The position numbers were made by a program, and so were the translations under genes. From Octopus sinensis (Eukaryota): a stretch of 64,000 nt of DNA. The stretch covers positions 199,082,001 through 199,146,000 of the forward strand of contig NC_042998.1 in NCBI RefSeq assembly GCF_006345805.1. Reading direction: 5' to 3'. Shown here in pieces: positions 48,540-61,715 of the stretch. Every line of letters begins with the position of its first letter. Position 1 is the stretch's first letter. The notes under the pieces are model-generated. The model searched no databases. It was not told where the DNA came from and saw only the letters and a program-made list of their open reading frames with translations.

Positions 48540-48637
48540 GTATGTAATGTTTGTGTGTCTGTGTTTGTCCCCCAACATCGCTTGACAACCGATGCTAGTG
48601 TGTTTACGTCCCGTAACTTAGCAGTTTCGGCAAAAAG
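47990..48637 (+). mobile_element. SINE-B (5'-truncated) with a nested RTE; runs into the N gap
   Basis: gaagcccgtcgtatat ... gtgtttgtcccccaacatcgcttgac. Confidence 0.75.
48045..48425 (-). mobile_element. RTE-clade LINE 3' fragment
   Basis: IAFELWCW, YFVHIMRRKSLEKDIMLGMVSGKRGRGRPRTRWLD; near-identical to 3572-3749. Confidence 0.9.
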
Positions 48638-48737
48638 NNNNNNNNNNNNNNNNNNNNNNNNNNNNNNNNNNNNNNNNNNNNNNNNNNNNNNNNNNNNNNN
48701 NNNNNNNNNNNNNNNNNNNNNNNNNNNNNNNNNNNNN
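48638..48737. other. Assembly gap (100 N)
   Basis: Run of N. Confidence 1.
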
Positions 48738-48799
48738 ATCTGTCCCAGCATATTTCATTCGCCTCTCCAACCTTGCCGTGGTGCGAGGCGAGAAACAGC

Positions 48800-49290
48800 A
48801 ACCTTCCAAGGGAAATCGCCATCGGAAAATGTTAAAATCCGAGTAGGTAAGATTTTCCTTAGCTTAGCAGACAAGAACCTCCCCGTACAAATGGGTTCAC
48901 CAGAATATTTAATAAGCACACCTGAAAATTTTTTCCTTTAGCTGTGCACCCAATGTAATAAAGGATTTCAGTAGGTGGACCATACCTAAGACAGAAGAAG
49001 AATGCCCTCGTAGGAGTAACATAACATGCCTAGTGAACAGCCACTGTAAACTGTAACATCCTGGAGAGGCATAACGTTGAAAGAAAGCGCCAACGAGTAC
49101 CGCACAAATTGGAAGTTTCTAAACAAATGTAAAGCGTACTTCAATAGTAGCAGAAAGTGCTGATTATGCATGGCTGAGAAGAGAGCGATTTTAAAGAGCA
49201 TCCAGCACCCAGACATTTACCTGAACGGAAGAAGCCAAATTTTTATCCCTTGCCCACATGAAAGGAAGTACATTCTATCATACCTGCATG
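48800..49290 (+). pseudogene. Penelope-like (Neptune-type) C-terminal relic
   Basis: SENVKIRVGKIFLSLADKNLP; YFNSSRKC*LCMAEKRAIL...YLNGRSQIFIPCPHERKYIL. Confidence 0.65.
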
Positions 49291-50128
49291 CCCCATCATG
49301 ACTATAAGCACCAGTCCCCTAACTTTGGCCCTGCTCTATTGTCTGGGAGTCCGGCAAAGAGCTTGACCAGAACATACACAAATGCATCCGCAAACACACA
49401 CGCCCTAGCACGGTAGACACCTTCCAATATATTCTCCCCCACATGTACCCCTACATACACCGCATGCATACATAAATGCCCCAAGAATTTAACCAAAACA
49501 TAAAGGAAAGAAAATATACTACCCCTCAATTTGCAACAAAACCACCCCCAGAGACGACGCTTTTGATACCAAAGAACATAAGTCTTAACTTAATCCCCTG
49601 CTCGATTCGGTTCATCATCCTTTCTACAGCAAACACAAACCGGATGTGTCTATTCACCTCCAACAGTAGAGAACAGCCGCCATATTTCATTCCATAACAA
49701 CTACCTCTGAAGAGAGTAGAGTTACATAATCGGACTGTTACCTGGCACTCCATTGAACCCCTAATGCGAAACCTACCGGTAAGATCGCCTGTAATGGATA
49801 TATAATACTGTACACATCAATTAATACATATATATTGTATACTTTATGTCGTAATAATTAATAACATATTTTTTTAATATTCTATTAATATTTATTTAAT
49901 ATAATAAACACTTCTATAGGAATTAATCTTATTTTATAATACTTGAAGAATTATTATATTCAACTACATATACAACCACTGAGGATCTCACTGGGTAATT
50001 AAAAGATAAAAATTACAGAAAAGACAATGAAATATCTTTAGTCATTATAATAAACTCTGATATAAGAATTAACCTTATTATATAATAATTGAAAAGTTGT
50101 TATAATTAATAATAATAATATATATATA

Positions 50129-50395
50129 TTTCTTTATTGCCCACAATGGCTAAACATAGAGGGGACAAACAAGGACAGACAAAGGTATTAAGTCGATTAC
50201 ATCGACCCCAGTGCGAAACTGGTACTTTATTTATCGACCCCGAAAGGATGAAAGGGCGCAGGAGTGGCTGTGTGGTAAGAAACTTGCTTTCCAACCTCAT
50301 GATTCCGGGTTCAGTCACACTGCGTGGCACCTTGGACAATTGTCTTCTTCTATAAGCCTCGGGCCGACCAAAGCCTAGTGAGTGGTTTTGGTAGG
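50129..50395. mobile_element. SINE-A 3' half (minus) fused to a SINE-B 5' half (plus)
   Basis: Junction gaaaggatgaaag|ggcgcaggagtgg at ~50255. Confidence 0.8.
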
Positions 50396-50667
50396 CTGAA
50401 ATTGATGAGTATTTAGCTGAATATCTATCCCTCATTGAGTAATTATTACATCAGAGGAAACATATGTAGCCTGGATTTTACCTTGTCCACTCTCTCAATT
50501 TGGATTTTTATTCGCATTCATAACAACTGAAGTTGCTAACCGTGAGCTATAAAAACTTATTTTCAGCTTATCGAGCTTAGATACGGGAAAAGACTACAAC
50601 GTTCACCGTTGTTTCTTTATACCTACCACGGACTGCTCGAAGCCTACATACTTCTTACATCCCTTGG

Positions 50668-51078
50668 ATGAGCTGGCAGAAACGTTAGCAGGCCGGGCGA
50701 AATGCATAGCTGTATTTCGTCAGTCGTTACGTTCTAAGTTCTAATTCCACCGAGGTCGACTTTGCCTTTCATCCTTTCGGGGTCGATGAATTAAGTGCCA
50801 GTTACGCACTGGGGTCGATATAATCGACTTAACCCCTTTGTCTGTCCTTGTTTGCCCCCTCTGTGTGTAGCCCCTTGTGGGTAGTAAAGAAATAGGTATT
50901 TCGTCTGTCGTTACGTTCTGAGTTCAAATTCCGCCGAGGTCGACTTTGCCTTTCATCCTTTCGGGGTCGATTAAATAAGTACCAGTTGCACACTGGGGTC
51001 GATACAATCGACTTAATCTCTTTGTCTGTCCTTGTTTGTCCGCTCTGTGTTTAGCCCCTTGTGGGCAATAAAGAAATA
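50668..51078 (+). mobile_element. SINE-A dimer
   Basis: Junction aaagaaataggtatttcg at ~50895. Confidence 0.9.
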
Positions 51079-51134
51079 TATAATTACATATCGATATAAA
51101 TATACATGTATACACACACACACACGCACATATA

Positions 51135-51533
51135 TACTCTTTTACTCTTTTACTTGTTTCAGTCATTTGACTGCGGCCATGCTGTAGCACCGCCTTTAGT
51201 CGAGCAAATCGACCCCGGGACTTATTCTTTGTAAGCTCAGTACTTATTCTATCGGTCTCTTTTTGCCGAACCGCTAAGTGACGGGGACGTAAACACACCA
51301 GCATCGGTTGTCAAGCAATGCTAGGGGGACAAACACACACACATACACATATATACATATATATACATATATACGACAGGCTTCTTTCAGTTTCCGTCTA
51401 CCAAATCCACTCACAAGGCATTGGTCGGCCCGGGGCTATAGCAGAAGACACTTGCCCAAGGTGCCACGCAGTGGGACTGAACCCGGAACCATGTGGTTGG
51501 TTAGCAAGCTACTTACCACACAGCCACTCCTGC
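51135..51533 (-). mobile_element. SINE-B, full length
   Basis: As other B copies. Confidence 0.9.
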
Positions 51534-51570
51534 TGTATATATATATATACGCACATGCACATTACTCTCT

Positions 51571-51608
<38 letters not shown>

Positions 51609-52100
51609 GAGAAAGAGAGAGAGCGAGAGAGAGCGGGAGAGAGTGAGAGAAAGAGAGGAGAAAGTTTTAGTAGAGTAGGAGAGTGGGCGTTGAGTGGGAG
51701 AGAGTCTTAGAAGTAATTTGGAGGACTTTAGCCACAAACGAATCCAAAAAGCGTCTTCCGCATCGTATAAATAGCAACAGTGGATACATACACAATACTT
51801 ATATCTAAGTTATCTTCCAATTGGTTTGTTCAGCGATAATCTATTATTTTCTCCGGATTATTGACCTTATGCTTAGAGTGCACGTTTACAATGCTTATAT
51901 CTAGAATATGTTTCAATGTCTTTGATCTTCAAATGTCATTGTATGGAATAAGTGGAATAAGTAGTGCGTTATTAACCTTACTTTATAAAAATAAGTTCCT
52001 GATAGGAGACTGCCATTTTCGGTCTTTGTGTGTAGCGAAAAGTATTAACGAAACCGATCAGAAAAACAGTAAAATTCTTAAATACGGCAAATATATTCCC

Positions 52101-52521
52101 TCTCTTTTACTCTCTTTACTTGTTTCAGTCATTTGACTGCGGCCATGCTGGAGCACCGCCTTTAGTCGAGCAAATCGAACCCCGGGACTTATTCTTTTTG
52201 TAAGCCCAGTACTTATTCTATCGGTCTCTTTTTGCCGAACCGCTAAGTGACGGTGACATAAACACACCAGCATCGGTTGTCAAGCAATGCTAGGGGGACA
52301 AAACACAGACACACAAACACACACACATACAAATTATATATATATACATATATACGACAGGCTTCTTTCAGTTTCCGTCTACCAAATCCACTCACAAGGC
52401 ATTGGTCGGCCCGAGGCTATAGTAGAAGACACTTGCCCAAAGTGTCACGCAGTGGGACTGAACCCGGAACCCGGAACCATGTGGTTAGTTAGCAAGCTAC
52501 TTACCACACAGCCACTCCTGC
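52101..52521 (-). mobile_element. SINE-B, full length
   Basis: As other B copies. Confidence 0.9.
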
Positions 52522-52849
52522 TCTAACAATTATATTTTTGGTGACTAAGGTGGAAGAGAAGAGGCCATGGTCATTTCAAGGCCCTGGAGACTGGTGTGAG
52601 GAATGAAGGAAGTTAGTCTCGAAATGGAAACCTGGCCCACATGTATGCAACAAAAAAAAAGGGAGAAAAAGAAAACAATTCCCAAGGGTATGATGGTAGT
52701 GGTAAACCGGGTGAGAGATAAAAATCCACTACTCACGAACAGGGAGAACGGAACCATCGGACTTGGACATAATTTCGCCCAAAAGGTGTTGGTCAGTTAG
52801 AGACTATGGTAAAAACACACTTGTCTAAGGAGTAGCGCAGTGGCACCGT

Positions 52850-53547
52850 CGTTCGGTCGTTCGTTCGTTCGTTCCTTCTTTCCTTCTTCTCTTGCTTCCT
52901 GCCTTCTTTCCTTCCTTCCTTATTCCTTCCTTCCTTCCTTCCTTCTTTCCTGCCTGCCATCCTTCATTGCTTCTTTCCTTCTTCCTTCCTTCCTTCCTTC
53001 CTTCCTTCCTTCCTTCCTTCCTTTCCTTCTTTCTTTCTTCCTTCCTTCCTGCCTTCCTTCCATCTCTCCCTCCTTCCTCCCCCTTCATTGCTTCCTTCCT
53101 TCTCTCCCTCATTCCTTCCTTCATTTCTTCCTTCCTCCCTTCCTTCCTTCTTTCCCGCCTTCCTTATTCCTTCCTTCCTTCCTACCTTCCTTGCTTGCTT
53201 CCTTCCTTGCATGCTTGCTTGCTTCCTTCCTTCCTTCCTTCTTTTCTTCCTTCCTTCCTTCCTTCCTTCCTTCCATCCTTCTCTCCCACCTTCCTCCCCC
53301 TTCCTTGCTTCCTTCATCCCTTCTTTCCTTCCTTCCCTCCTTCCTTCCTTCCTTCTTTCCCTCCTTCCTTCCTTCCTTCCTTCCTTCCTTCCTTACTTCT
53401 TTCTTTCCTTCCTTCCCTCCTTCCTTCCTTCCTTTCTTCCTTCCTTTCTTCCTTCCTTCCTTCCTTCCTTCCTTCCTTCCTTCCTTCCTTCCTCCCTCCT
53501 TCTTCCCCCTTCCTTGCTTCCTTTCTTCATCCCTTCTTTCCTTCCTT
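52850..53547. repeat. (CCTT)n pyrimidine/purine tract
   Basis: Direct reading. Confidence 0.95.
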
Positions 53548-53596
53548 TAATACCAATTCTGCGGATCTGTACAAATCTGTCTATTGAAAATAGTGC

Positions 53597-53642
<46 letters not shown>

Positions 53643-54179
53643 TCTTCACTTAAAGCATATCGAAATTCAAACAATACAACCATTTATTCACCATGTGTCT
53701 CGATGTTCTTCTTTGACTCTTCAGCATTCCGATTACTCTGCCGAGCGTAATGCTTACTGATTCACATTGTTCTGAATAAGTCATGTGTATCGCCTTGTAG
53801 TTTTTAAGATTTTGATGATGTGATTGTACAGTTTTAGAGTGACATTGCAAGGTGGGTGTAAGAGGTCTGATCTGGTCAGTTTGAACACAAAACAGATAGA
53901 ATGTTTAGGCCTGACGTAGCAGCTCTGAAAGCAAACGCGTTAACCCGAGATCATCTCTGATCGAACATCGGTTTCATTAATGGCCTTCCAAACCTTTCCC
54001 GTCTTTTCGTTTCGCGTATTTTGTATTTTGAAATACATTATCCAACATAGCTCTTTTGATATTTGTTATCAGCTACACTCTAAAGTTTGATTTAACTGTT
54101 ATTTCTAGCATGTTGAACAACCGTATAGAGGTTTCTTCGTGTCTTGTGGTTGATGTTGGTATTATTGTCGCTACCACCA

Positions 54180-54410
54180 GGCGGCGAGCTGGCAGAAACG
54201 TTAGCACGCCGGGCGAAATGCTTAGCATTATTTCGTCTGCCGCTACGTTCTGAGTTCAAATTCCGCCGAGGTCGACTTTGCCTTTCATCATTTCGGGGTC
54301 GATAAATTAAGTACCAGTTACGCACTGAGGTTGATATAATCGAGTTAATCTCTTTGTTTGTCCTTGTTTGTCCCCTCTATGTTTAGCCCCTTGTGGGTAG
54401 TAAAGAAATA
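54180..54410 (+). mobile_element. SINE-A monomer
   Basis: 24-bp TSD ggtattattgt(c/t)gctaccaccagg (54158-54181, 54411-54434). Confidence 0.92.
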
Positions 54411-54476
54411 GGTATTATTGTTGCTACCACCAGGTCAGCCTTAATTGAACAAACTTTTCTTTGTACAAAGATCAAA

Positions 54477-54892
54477 GGCACAGGAGTGGCAAGTAGTGTG
54501 GTAAGTAGCTTGCTTACCAACCACATGGTTCCGGGTTCAGTCCCACTGCGTGGCACCTTGGGCAAGTGTCTTCTACTATAGCCTCGGGCCGACCAAAGCC
54601 TTGTGAGTGGATTTGGTAGACGGAAACTGAAAGAAGCCCGTCGTATATATGTATATATATATATATATGTGTATGTGTGTATATGTTTGTGTGTCTGTGT
54701 TTGTCCCCCCAACATCGCTTGACAACCGATGCTGGTGTGTTTACATCTCCGTAACTTAGCGGTTCGCCAAAAGAGTCCGATAGAATAAGTACTAGGCTTA
54801 CAAAGAATAAGTCCTGGGGTCGATTTTCTCGACTAAAGGTGGTGCTCCAGCATCGCTGCAGTCAAATGACTGAAAAAGTAAAAGAGAAAGAG
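54477..54892 (+). mobile_element. SINE-B, full length
   Basis: As other B copies. Confidence 0.9.
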
Positions 54893-55120
54893 ATGTTATG
54901 TATGTCGTACCCAAGTATTGTGTATCTAGGATATCCAGCCTTACCTTCTCTCTCTTAAGACAGCGAGAAAAATGTTTTGAAAGCGATTTCACTTCCTTGC
55001 AGGTCGTTTTACAATGTAGAAATGGTTTCATTCAACCTTGGTGCTTTTTCTGGTGCTATTGTTCAAACTGCTGTTCTAATTATTGTTTCTGTAATTGCTG
55101 CTGTTTTTGCTGTAGATGTT

Positions 55121-55506
55121 TGTTTGTTTGTTTGTTTTTTGAGCGAAGCGGTCTTCGTCCCAGAGCTCGCAAGATCGCGCCTCAGGATTGTCTGTAGAAG
55201 TCTGAAACGTGGTCCTTTGCTATTCGTAAGACCCGCAGAGATGAGAAAGCAGGTCAACCCCCAACTCCGAGAGCATCGACGGATGGATGAATGCGCATCC
55301 GGGCTCAGCGGTTGCGTAGGAAGTCGGGGACAAGAAACAGGAAGAAAGAGTGAGGAAGAAAGAGTACAACAGGGGTCGCCACCACCCCCTGCCGGAGCCT
55401 CGTGGAGCTTTAGGTGTTTTCGCTCAATAAACACACACAACGCCCGGTCTGGGAATCGAAACCGCGAGTCCGCTGCCCTAACTACTGGGCCATTGCACCT
55501 CCACTC
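55121..55506 (-). mobile_element. SINE, head C with tail type G ending in (AAAC)n
   Basis: TSD tgctgtagatgtt (55108-55120, 55507-55519). Confidence 0.88.
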
Positions 55507-55634
55507 TGCTGTAGATGTTGCTACTATTGTTGCTGTTACTGTTGTGGCTGCAATTGCGGTCTTTACTGTTGTTCTTGATGTCGTTGTCATTGCTATTGTT
55601 GTTACTACTACTGCTGCTGCTGCTACTACTGCAG

Positions 55635-55860
55635 TTATTACCTCCGCCAAGGAAGGAGGTTATGTTTTCATCGGCGTTGGTTTGTCTGTCTGTCCCTCTG
55701 TCTGTCCCTCTGTGTGCAAAATAACTCAAAAAGTTGTGAACGGTATTTGATGAAACTTGCTGGAAAGGTTGGTAATGACACAAGGAACACAGGATGAACT
55801 TTTGGTAGTGATCTGGAAAGTTTTATGGATTCTTAAAGGATTTTTCATTTGTTATATTTA
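55635..55860 (+). mobile_element. HINE/DINE-1-like non-autonomous Helentron element, 5' part
   Basis: ttattacctccgccaagg..ggaggttatgttttc, (GTCT)n core, gatgaaacttg; 3' end not located. Confidence 0.6.
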
Positions 55861-56526
55861 CTTTACATGAAGTATTACAATGTCATGTTTTTTAAAGTCT
55901 TTCTCTGATTATCTCCCTTGAAAACACCTTCATGGTTTTCACGTAACCTACGGTGGCGTTGCTGTTTCCAAAGTTTTATTTTCGTCTCTCTATTAGTAAT
56001 TTTACTCGCGTATCATCTTACTAGAAACTGGTGGATAAAGAGATCAAACCACGGCAGCGAAACAGTTCAGAAATTAAATGACACTAACCTATTCAAGGGT
56101 TGCTAAAAGCAACAGCAGAGGAGGAGGCGGTGGTAGCAACATCTGATGCTGGACCCTTGAGGGATGATTGATAATATACTGACCACAGAGGGATGTATAG
56201 TAGGTAGGTAGGTTTAGTTTGGTAAGTAGACAGATACCTCTTTTAGAAGTAGCTTATATTGAAAACTGTTCATACTGACCTGAGTAGTAGTTGAAAACAA
56301 CTGACAGTGGACTACATACACTCAGCTCCAGTTGTGTGTAAGGATAATCTTTTCTACTATAGACACAAGGCCTGAAATTAATCATTTTCTGAAACACTTT
56401 CACTTGCAGACACGATCACTGATACACCAGCACTTGTAGATGGAGCAGTAGATTTCTTTTTGAAAACAAGTTGATAGTTATTTGCTTAAAAGAAGCTTTG
56501 TTTTACTCTCTATAAGTTTCTCAGTC

Positions 56527-56900
56527 ACAGCGGAGTGGCTGTGTGGTAAGTAGGTTGCTTACCAGCCACATGGTTCCGGGTTCAGTCTACTATAGCCTCG
56601 GGCTGACCAATTCCTTGTGAGTGGATTTGGTAGACGGAAACTGAAAGAAGCCCGTCGTATATATGTATATATATATAAATGTGTGTGTATGTCTGTGTGT
56701 CTGTTTGTCCCCCCAACATCACTTGACAATCGATGCTGGTGTGTTTACGTCCCCGTAATGTAGCGGTTCGGCAAAAGAGACCGATAGAATAAGTACTAGG
56801 CTTACAAAGAATAAGTCCTGGGGGTCGATTTCCTCGACTAAAGGCGGTGCTCCAGCATGGCCGCAGTGAAATTACTGAAACAAGTAAAAGAGTAAGAGTA
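56527..56900 (+). mobile_element. SINE-B with a small internal deletion
   Basis: As other B copies. Confidence 0.88.
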
Positions 56901-59900
56901 TCTAAAACTATCCTTTTGTATTCATGTTTAACCGTGAATCTGATTAACAAACTTTCACAAAATAAATCAGTGCAACCATTTCCCCATTACCTTGATGTGT
57001 CCTTTTCATGTTCCCGGTCCATTGTAATGCAATGGTTTCTGAACATGTTGAACCTTCACTACCGAATGCATTGCATACATTTTCCCATTGCTGTGCTGTC
57101 TCCTTTATCTTTTTCTTTGCTACTACAACAGTCTCCGGACATGTCCATATGATGCCATCCCATCTTAAAACCATTTGTTTCACTCGGTGTCTCTCCTTTC
57201 ATCGGTCATACTGGGCCTCAAATCTAGCGGCCACCTACATGTTCTGGTCCTTTTTATTATTAAGCTTTTCCCCGCAGATTTGAGCCCAGTGCCTAATTTT
57301 AAAGGAACAATTCTACCTGGCCTCATTGATATTGGGGGCCCTACTATGAAAGATATGGAGCACTCAATACATGGAGAGCACCACCTTCTAGCAAGCTTGT
57401 ATGAAGAAGCTCTCTTTCAATATAGAAACTTGTTAAACATTAAAGGGTTCCTTTTTTGATAAATAACCATAGATTTCTCCACGTTAACGACACCAATTTA
57501 TCCAATTAAAAAAACCGTCACTATCTAGTCCCAAAAGCAGCTTCGGTTTCCTTAGGAATTGTAGCTGCTTTTGGGACAATGTCAGAGAAAAGGAAAATTG
57601 CAAAACACCCCTGAAAATGTATGTATATATGTGTCTGTGAGTGTGTGTGTGTCTGTGTATGTATTTCTGTGTGTGCGTTTGTGTGCGTGCAAGAGAGAGA
57701 GAGAGGAACTGAGAGCGAGAGGGATAGAGAGAGAGAGAGAGAGGGACAGAGAGAGAGAGAGAGAGGGACTGAGAGAGGGAGACAGTGAGAGAGAAAGAGA
57801 GAGAGGGATATATATATATATATATAGAGAGAGTATCAGTGTATTTAAAGCTAGAGATAAGGAGATTGATAGAAAGAAGTCATTGTCTTGTTCAAATTCC
57901 TTCTTTCAACGCATGAGTGAACAATGACCTTGGATCCACCACTTCCGATTTGAAGCATTTCCTCCCCCCCCCCTCACACATGCACACATATATTTGTCAC
58001 TTCTAAACATCATCATTTCAGTGAGGCATTGAAAACTTTGGTGTTATTTTACGAAAGAACTAGTAAATAAGGAATATGTTCCAAAATTTAAATTTTGAAT
58101 TAAATTCTAAATGATAAACTCTCATCTCTCAATAGCTAAATGCATTTTTGTGGGGGCTGGGGAGTGGCTTTAGAATTATTGCATATGTTTTCAAACGTTT
58201 TCCATTAAGTCAAACGCTTTTCTCTTTCTTTCTTCTTTCTTTCTTATTTTCAACACTTTTCATCCTTTTGTCAAACACTTGAAATTAATACAAGGGAATG
58301 AAGCAAAATTTGTAACAGGGACAAAATGAGTAATTACCGATTTCTCATTATTTTCTCACTACTTGTTTGAAGTAATTACATTAGAAGTATGGCATCGGCA
58401 TTTTGTACTGGTGCACATTTTTGAGAGTAAAAATTGGTCGCCAGAGTTATTGTTGAAGCCGAGAGTGTAACATAGGGAACAGATACATTTTTCAATGAAT
58501 TTTGATGGGGATGAGTTTTTTTTGTAAATCTAATTCTAGAGAATTGAAGAGGGAAATCTACTTGTCTTACTCATTCTCCAATCTAAACTTGTCTCTCAAA
58601 GAGAACAGGATAATTTTCCCTAAGTTTTGACCCAATTGTAATTGTGGTTGTTAATAAAATAACTTGATAATTTTTGGTGTTTAACAATCAATATTCTTTT
58701 CGTTGTTGGTTGTACATCTCCCACATTAATGTCCAAATTGATAATTTTCAATTTTCAAACAATGATGTCTAGATTGGGGCAAAATGAGTAATGATTAATT
58801 TAAAAAAAATTTCTTCTCTTTAACTGCATGTTGCATAAATATATCAGAAGAGAGCCACTCCAGAAGATCATGAAGAAGCTATAGAGAATATTTTATGTTA
58901 AGCTGTTTTGATTTGGTCGAGTTTTGTTAATTTCATATCTTGTACCATTTCTCCATCCTCCTCTTCTTGACCTTGATAATTATAATTTTTACTGAATTTC
59001 TGATCTTTTTGATGTTTAAAAGCGGATGTTGATGTGCATGAGTTTTTCTTTCAAATCTAATTCTGGAGAATTGAAGAGGCAAATTTACTTTTTCTTGTCT
59101 TCTTCATTCCAAAATCTAAATTTGTCTCTCAAAGAGAACAGAATAATTTTCTGAAATAGAGTTTTGAATATGTTATAGTGTTTTTGATGCATTTACGAAA
59201 GGCCATTCGCTTAGCTGATGTAGTTTTTTTTTTAAAGTAGTGAACATTTGTAAAAATACATTTTTTTCTCGAAGTCAAAAACGCTGTAAATATTACTCAT
59301 TGCAGCACCCCTGCTGGAAACTGGTAAAGTAGACGTTCGGAATAACCGTTCCATATATGTTAGAATTTTTGTTAGAATATTTTCATTGTTTTCATACATT
59401 ACAAAACAATGAAAAAAAAACTTTCTAAAACAAGAATTTTAAAAATCCATCTCTTTTAAATGTTTCTCTCTCCATCACCATCCATAACACACTCATCTTG
59501 TTTTTGGAAGAGCAGCAACCACTAAAATGATACTTTTTTTTCTTTTCTCATAATTTTCTGTTATATTATCATATTCCACATTCTGAAACAATGGTAACTT
59601 GCATAAAAAAAATCTTACCCCTCCGCCTCTTCCTTACTTTGAAAGTCAAACACCACAAGTGGATGTGTGAGAAAAAAATTAGAATTTTGAAAAGTGTATT
59701 TATAAAGCGATATTTCCAGTCGTTTATTGAAACTTTCTCTAACTCGTCAAATTCAATTACATGGGTTTTTAGATTTCAATTTGCTAATTTTCCAAGATTC
59801 TAATTCTTGTGCACGAGGGGTTCACTGAATTTAAAGTGCCCCACTCCCTCCATGGTTTAAATCCGGTCCTGTTTGAGACCCTCATGAACCTGTGAGTCAT

Positions 59901-60828
59901 TCTTGTTTAAAGCTGTTCGCCATTACATTCCGTCTATCTGTTTACTAAACTTTGTTTGTAACAATATAATAACGAGGGAAAGAAATCAAAGATAACACTA
60001 GCACAATTTCTATCAGGAATAGCAAGAAATCGATATGTACATTATCCAAAACGTTCAGAATTTGTTCGATATCGATAGGGTTTCTTTACATGGTTGGTCG
60101 ACTTAGCAACCAAATATCACCCAGACTACACGCTACTATTTTCAAAGATGAGGTACATATTTCATAATGTCTACAAAGAAGGACAAGAATTTGTTCGATA
60201 TCGAGAGGGATTCTTTACGTGGTTGATGAGCTTGCTAGAAATAACAACCAAATATCCTCCAGATTACACGCTATTATCTTCAAAAGGAGGATATACATTT
60301 CATAATGCCCTCAAAGAAAGACTAAAGGTTCATGTTGGAATGCCTTTGCTCTTAAGTATGCTCAACCAGAGATATCCGGGGCACAACAGCAATGACTGAT
60401 CTGTGCCAACCCCTTCATCATACAATATTTCGATATAACAAGAATGTTGTAGGATGAAAATTAGAGTATTAATGAAGCGATATCGTAATGCTATCCCGAT
60501 TTCACGTCGAAATATTTTAATTTCCTTTATACTAATAATACAAATAGGAAAGGCTTGAATAATACAAACTGTTCCTTGTGTGCCCCTTCAAAAGAAATCG
60601 ATGCAGAATAATATAACGAGAACATTAACTTTCAAAAGAATTTATTAAATATCGGTACAAAGATCACAAAATGCAAAATATAAACATATGTGTTTGTGAC
60701 TGTGTATGTTTGTGACTGTGTATGCTTATGTTATATATATATATATTATATAATATTAAGAATCAGTTGAATTAGGTACTTAATTTGAGGCACCAAGCCA
60801 GTTCGGTATAGTCCGCGCAGCTCGAAGT

Positions 60829-61242
60829 TACTCTTTTACTCTTTTACTTGTTTCAGTCATTTGACTGTAGCCATGCTGGAGCACTGCCTTTAGTCGAGCA
60901 AATCGACCCCAGGGCTTATTCTTTCTAAGCCTAGTACTTATTCTATCGATCTTTTTTGCTGAACCGCTAAGTTACGAGGACGTAAACACACCAGCATCGG
61001 TTGTCAGGCGATGTTGGCGGGTACAAACACAGACACACAAACATACACACACACATACATATATATTATACATATATACGATAGGCTTATTTCAGTTTCC
61101 GTCTACTAAATCCACTCACAACGCTTTGGTTGGCCCGAGACTATAGTAGAAGACACTTGGCCAAGGTGCCACGCAGTGGGACTGAACCCCGAATCATGTG
61201 GTTTGTAAGCAAGCTACTTACCACACAGCCACTCCTACGCCT
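60829..61242 (-). mobile_element. SINE-B, full length
   Basis: As other B copies. Confidence 0.88.
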
Positions 61243-61465
61243 ACGTTAGGTGAACAAAACGCAAATAAGTAACAAGGATGGACAGGTATCAATGCATTAT
61301 GGTCGTTTCAAGCGGCTCCATTTAATCGATCAATGAAAACATTACATCAATTTGAAAGAAACCTCTCTCCTCAGATGTAGATGACTATACAGATTTCCAA
61401 TATAAAGGACAAACCATTTTTAGTAAATTTATATCAGTACTAGACACCAAAATAATCATATTGTA

Positions 61466-61633
61466 TATATACAAGAAAGTAATATTTCGAACGCAGTATC
61501 GCCGTTAAAACACGGGAGTGATTCCCATAACTGTTTGCCGATTACTTTTACCGCCTCGTAAAGGTACAAATACTCAATTTTTCTGCTGTTTTAACGGAGA
61601 TACTGCGTTCGAAATACCACTTTCTTGTCTATA
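61466..61633. mobile_element. MITE with ~46-bp TIRs and TA-type ends
   Basis: tatatacaagaaagtaatatttcgaacgcagtatcgccgttaaaaca versus the reverse complement of 61587-61633 (4 mismatches). Confidence 0.7.
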
Positions 61634-61715
61634 TCATACGATACACATACGACAATTCTAAAAAACTAATGTATGTTCTTTTATTATATACATGTGGTTG
61701 TTATGTGTATGTATA

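Noticed and set aside
49700-49795. CTGAAGA...GAAA in the 3' UTR of the Penelope relic
   Set aside because: I could not build stem I or a valid UH cleavage site, so it is too degenerate to call a hammerhead.
52825-53750. 220-236 aa PSFL-repeat and KEGR-repeat ORFs
   Set aside because: Translation of a (CCTT)n tract.
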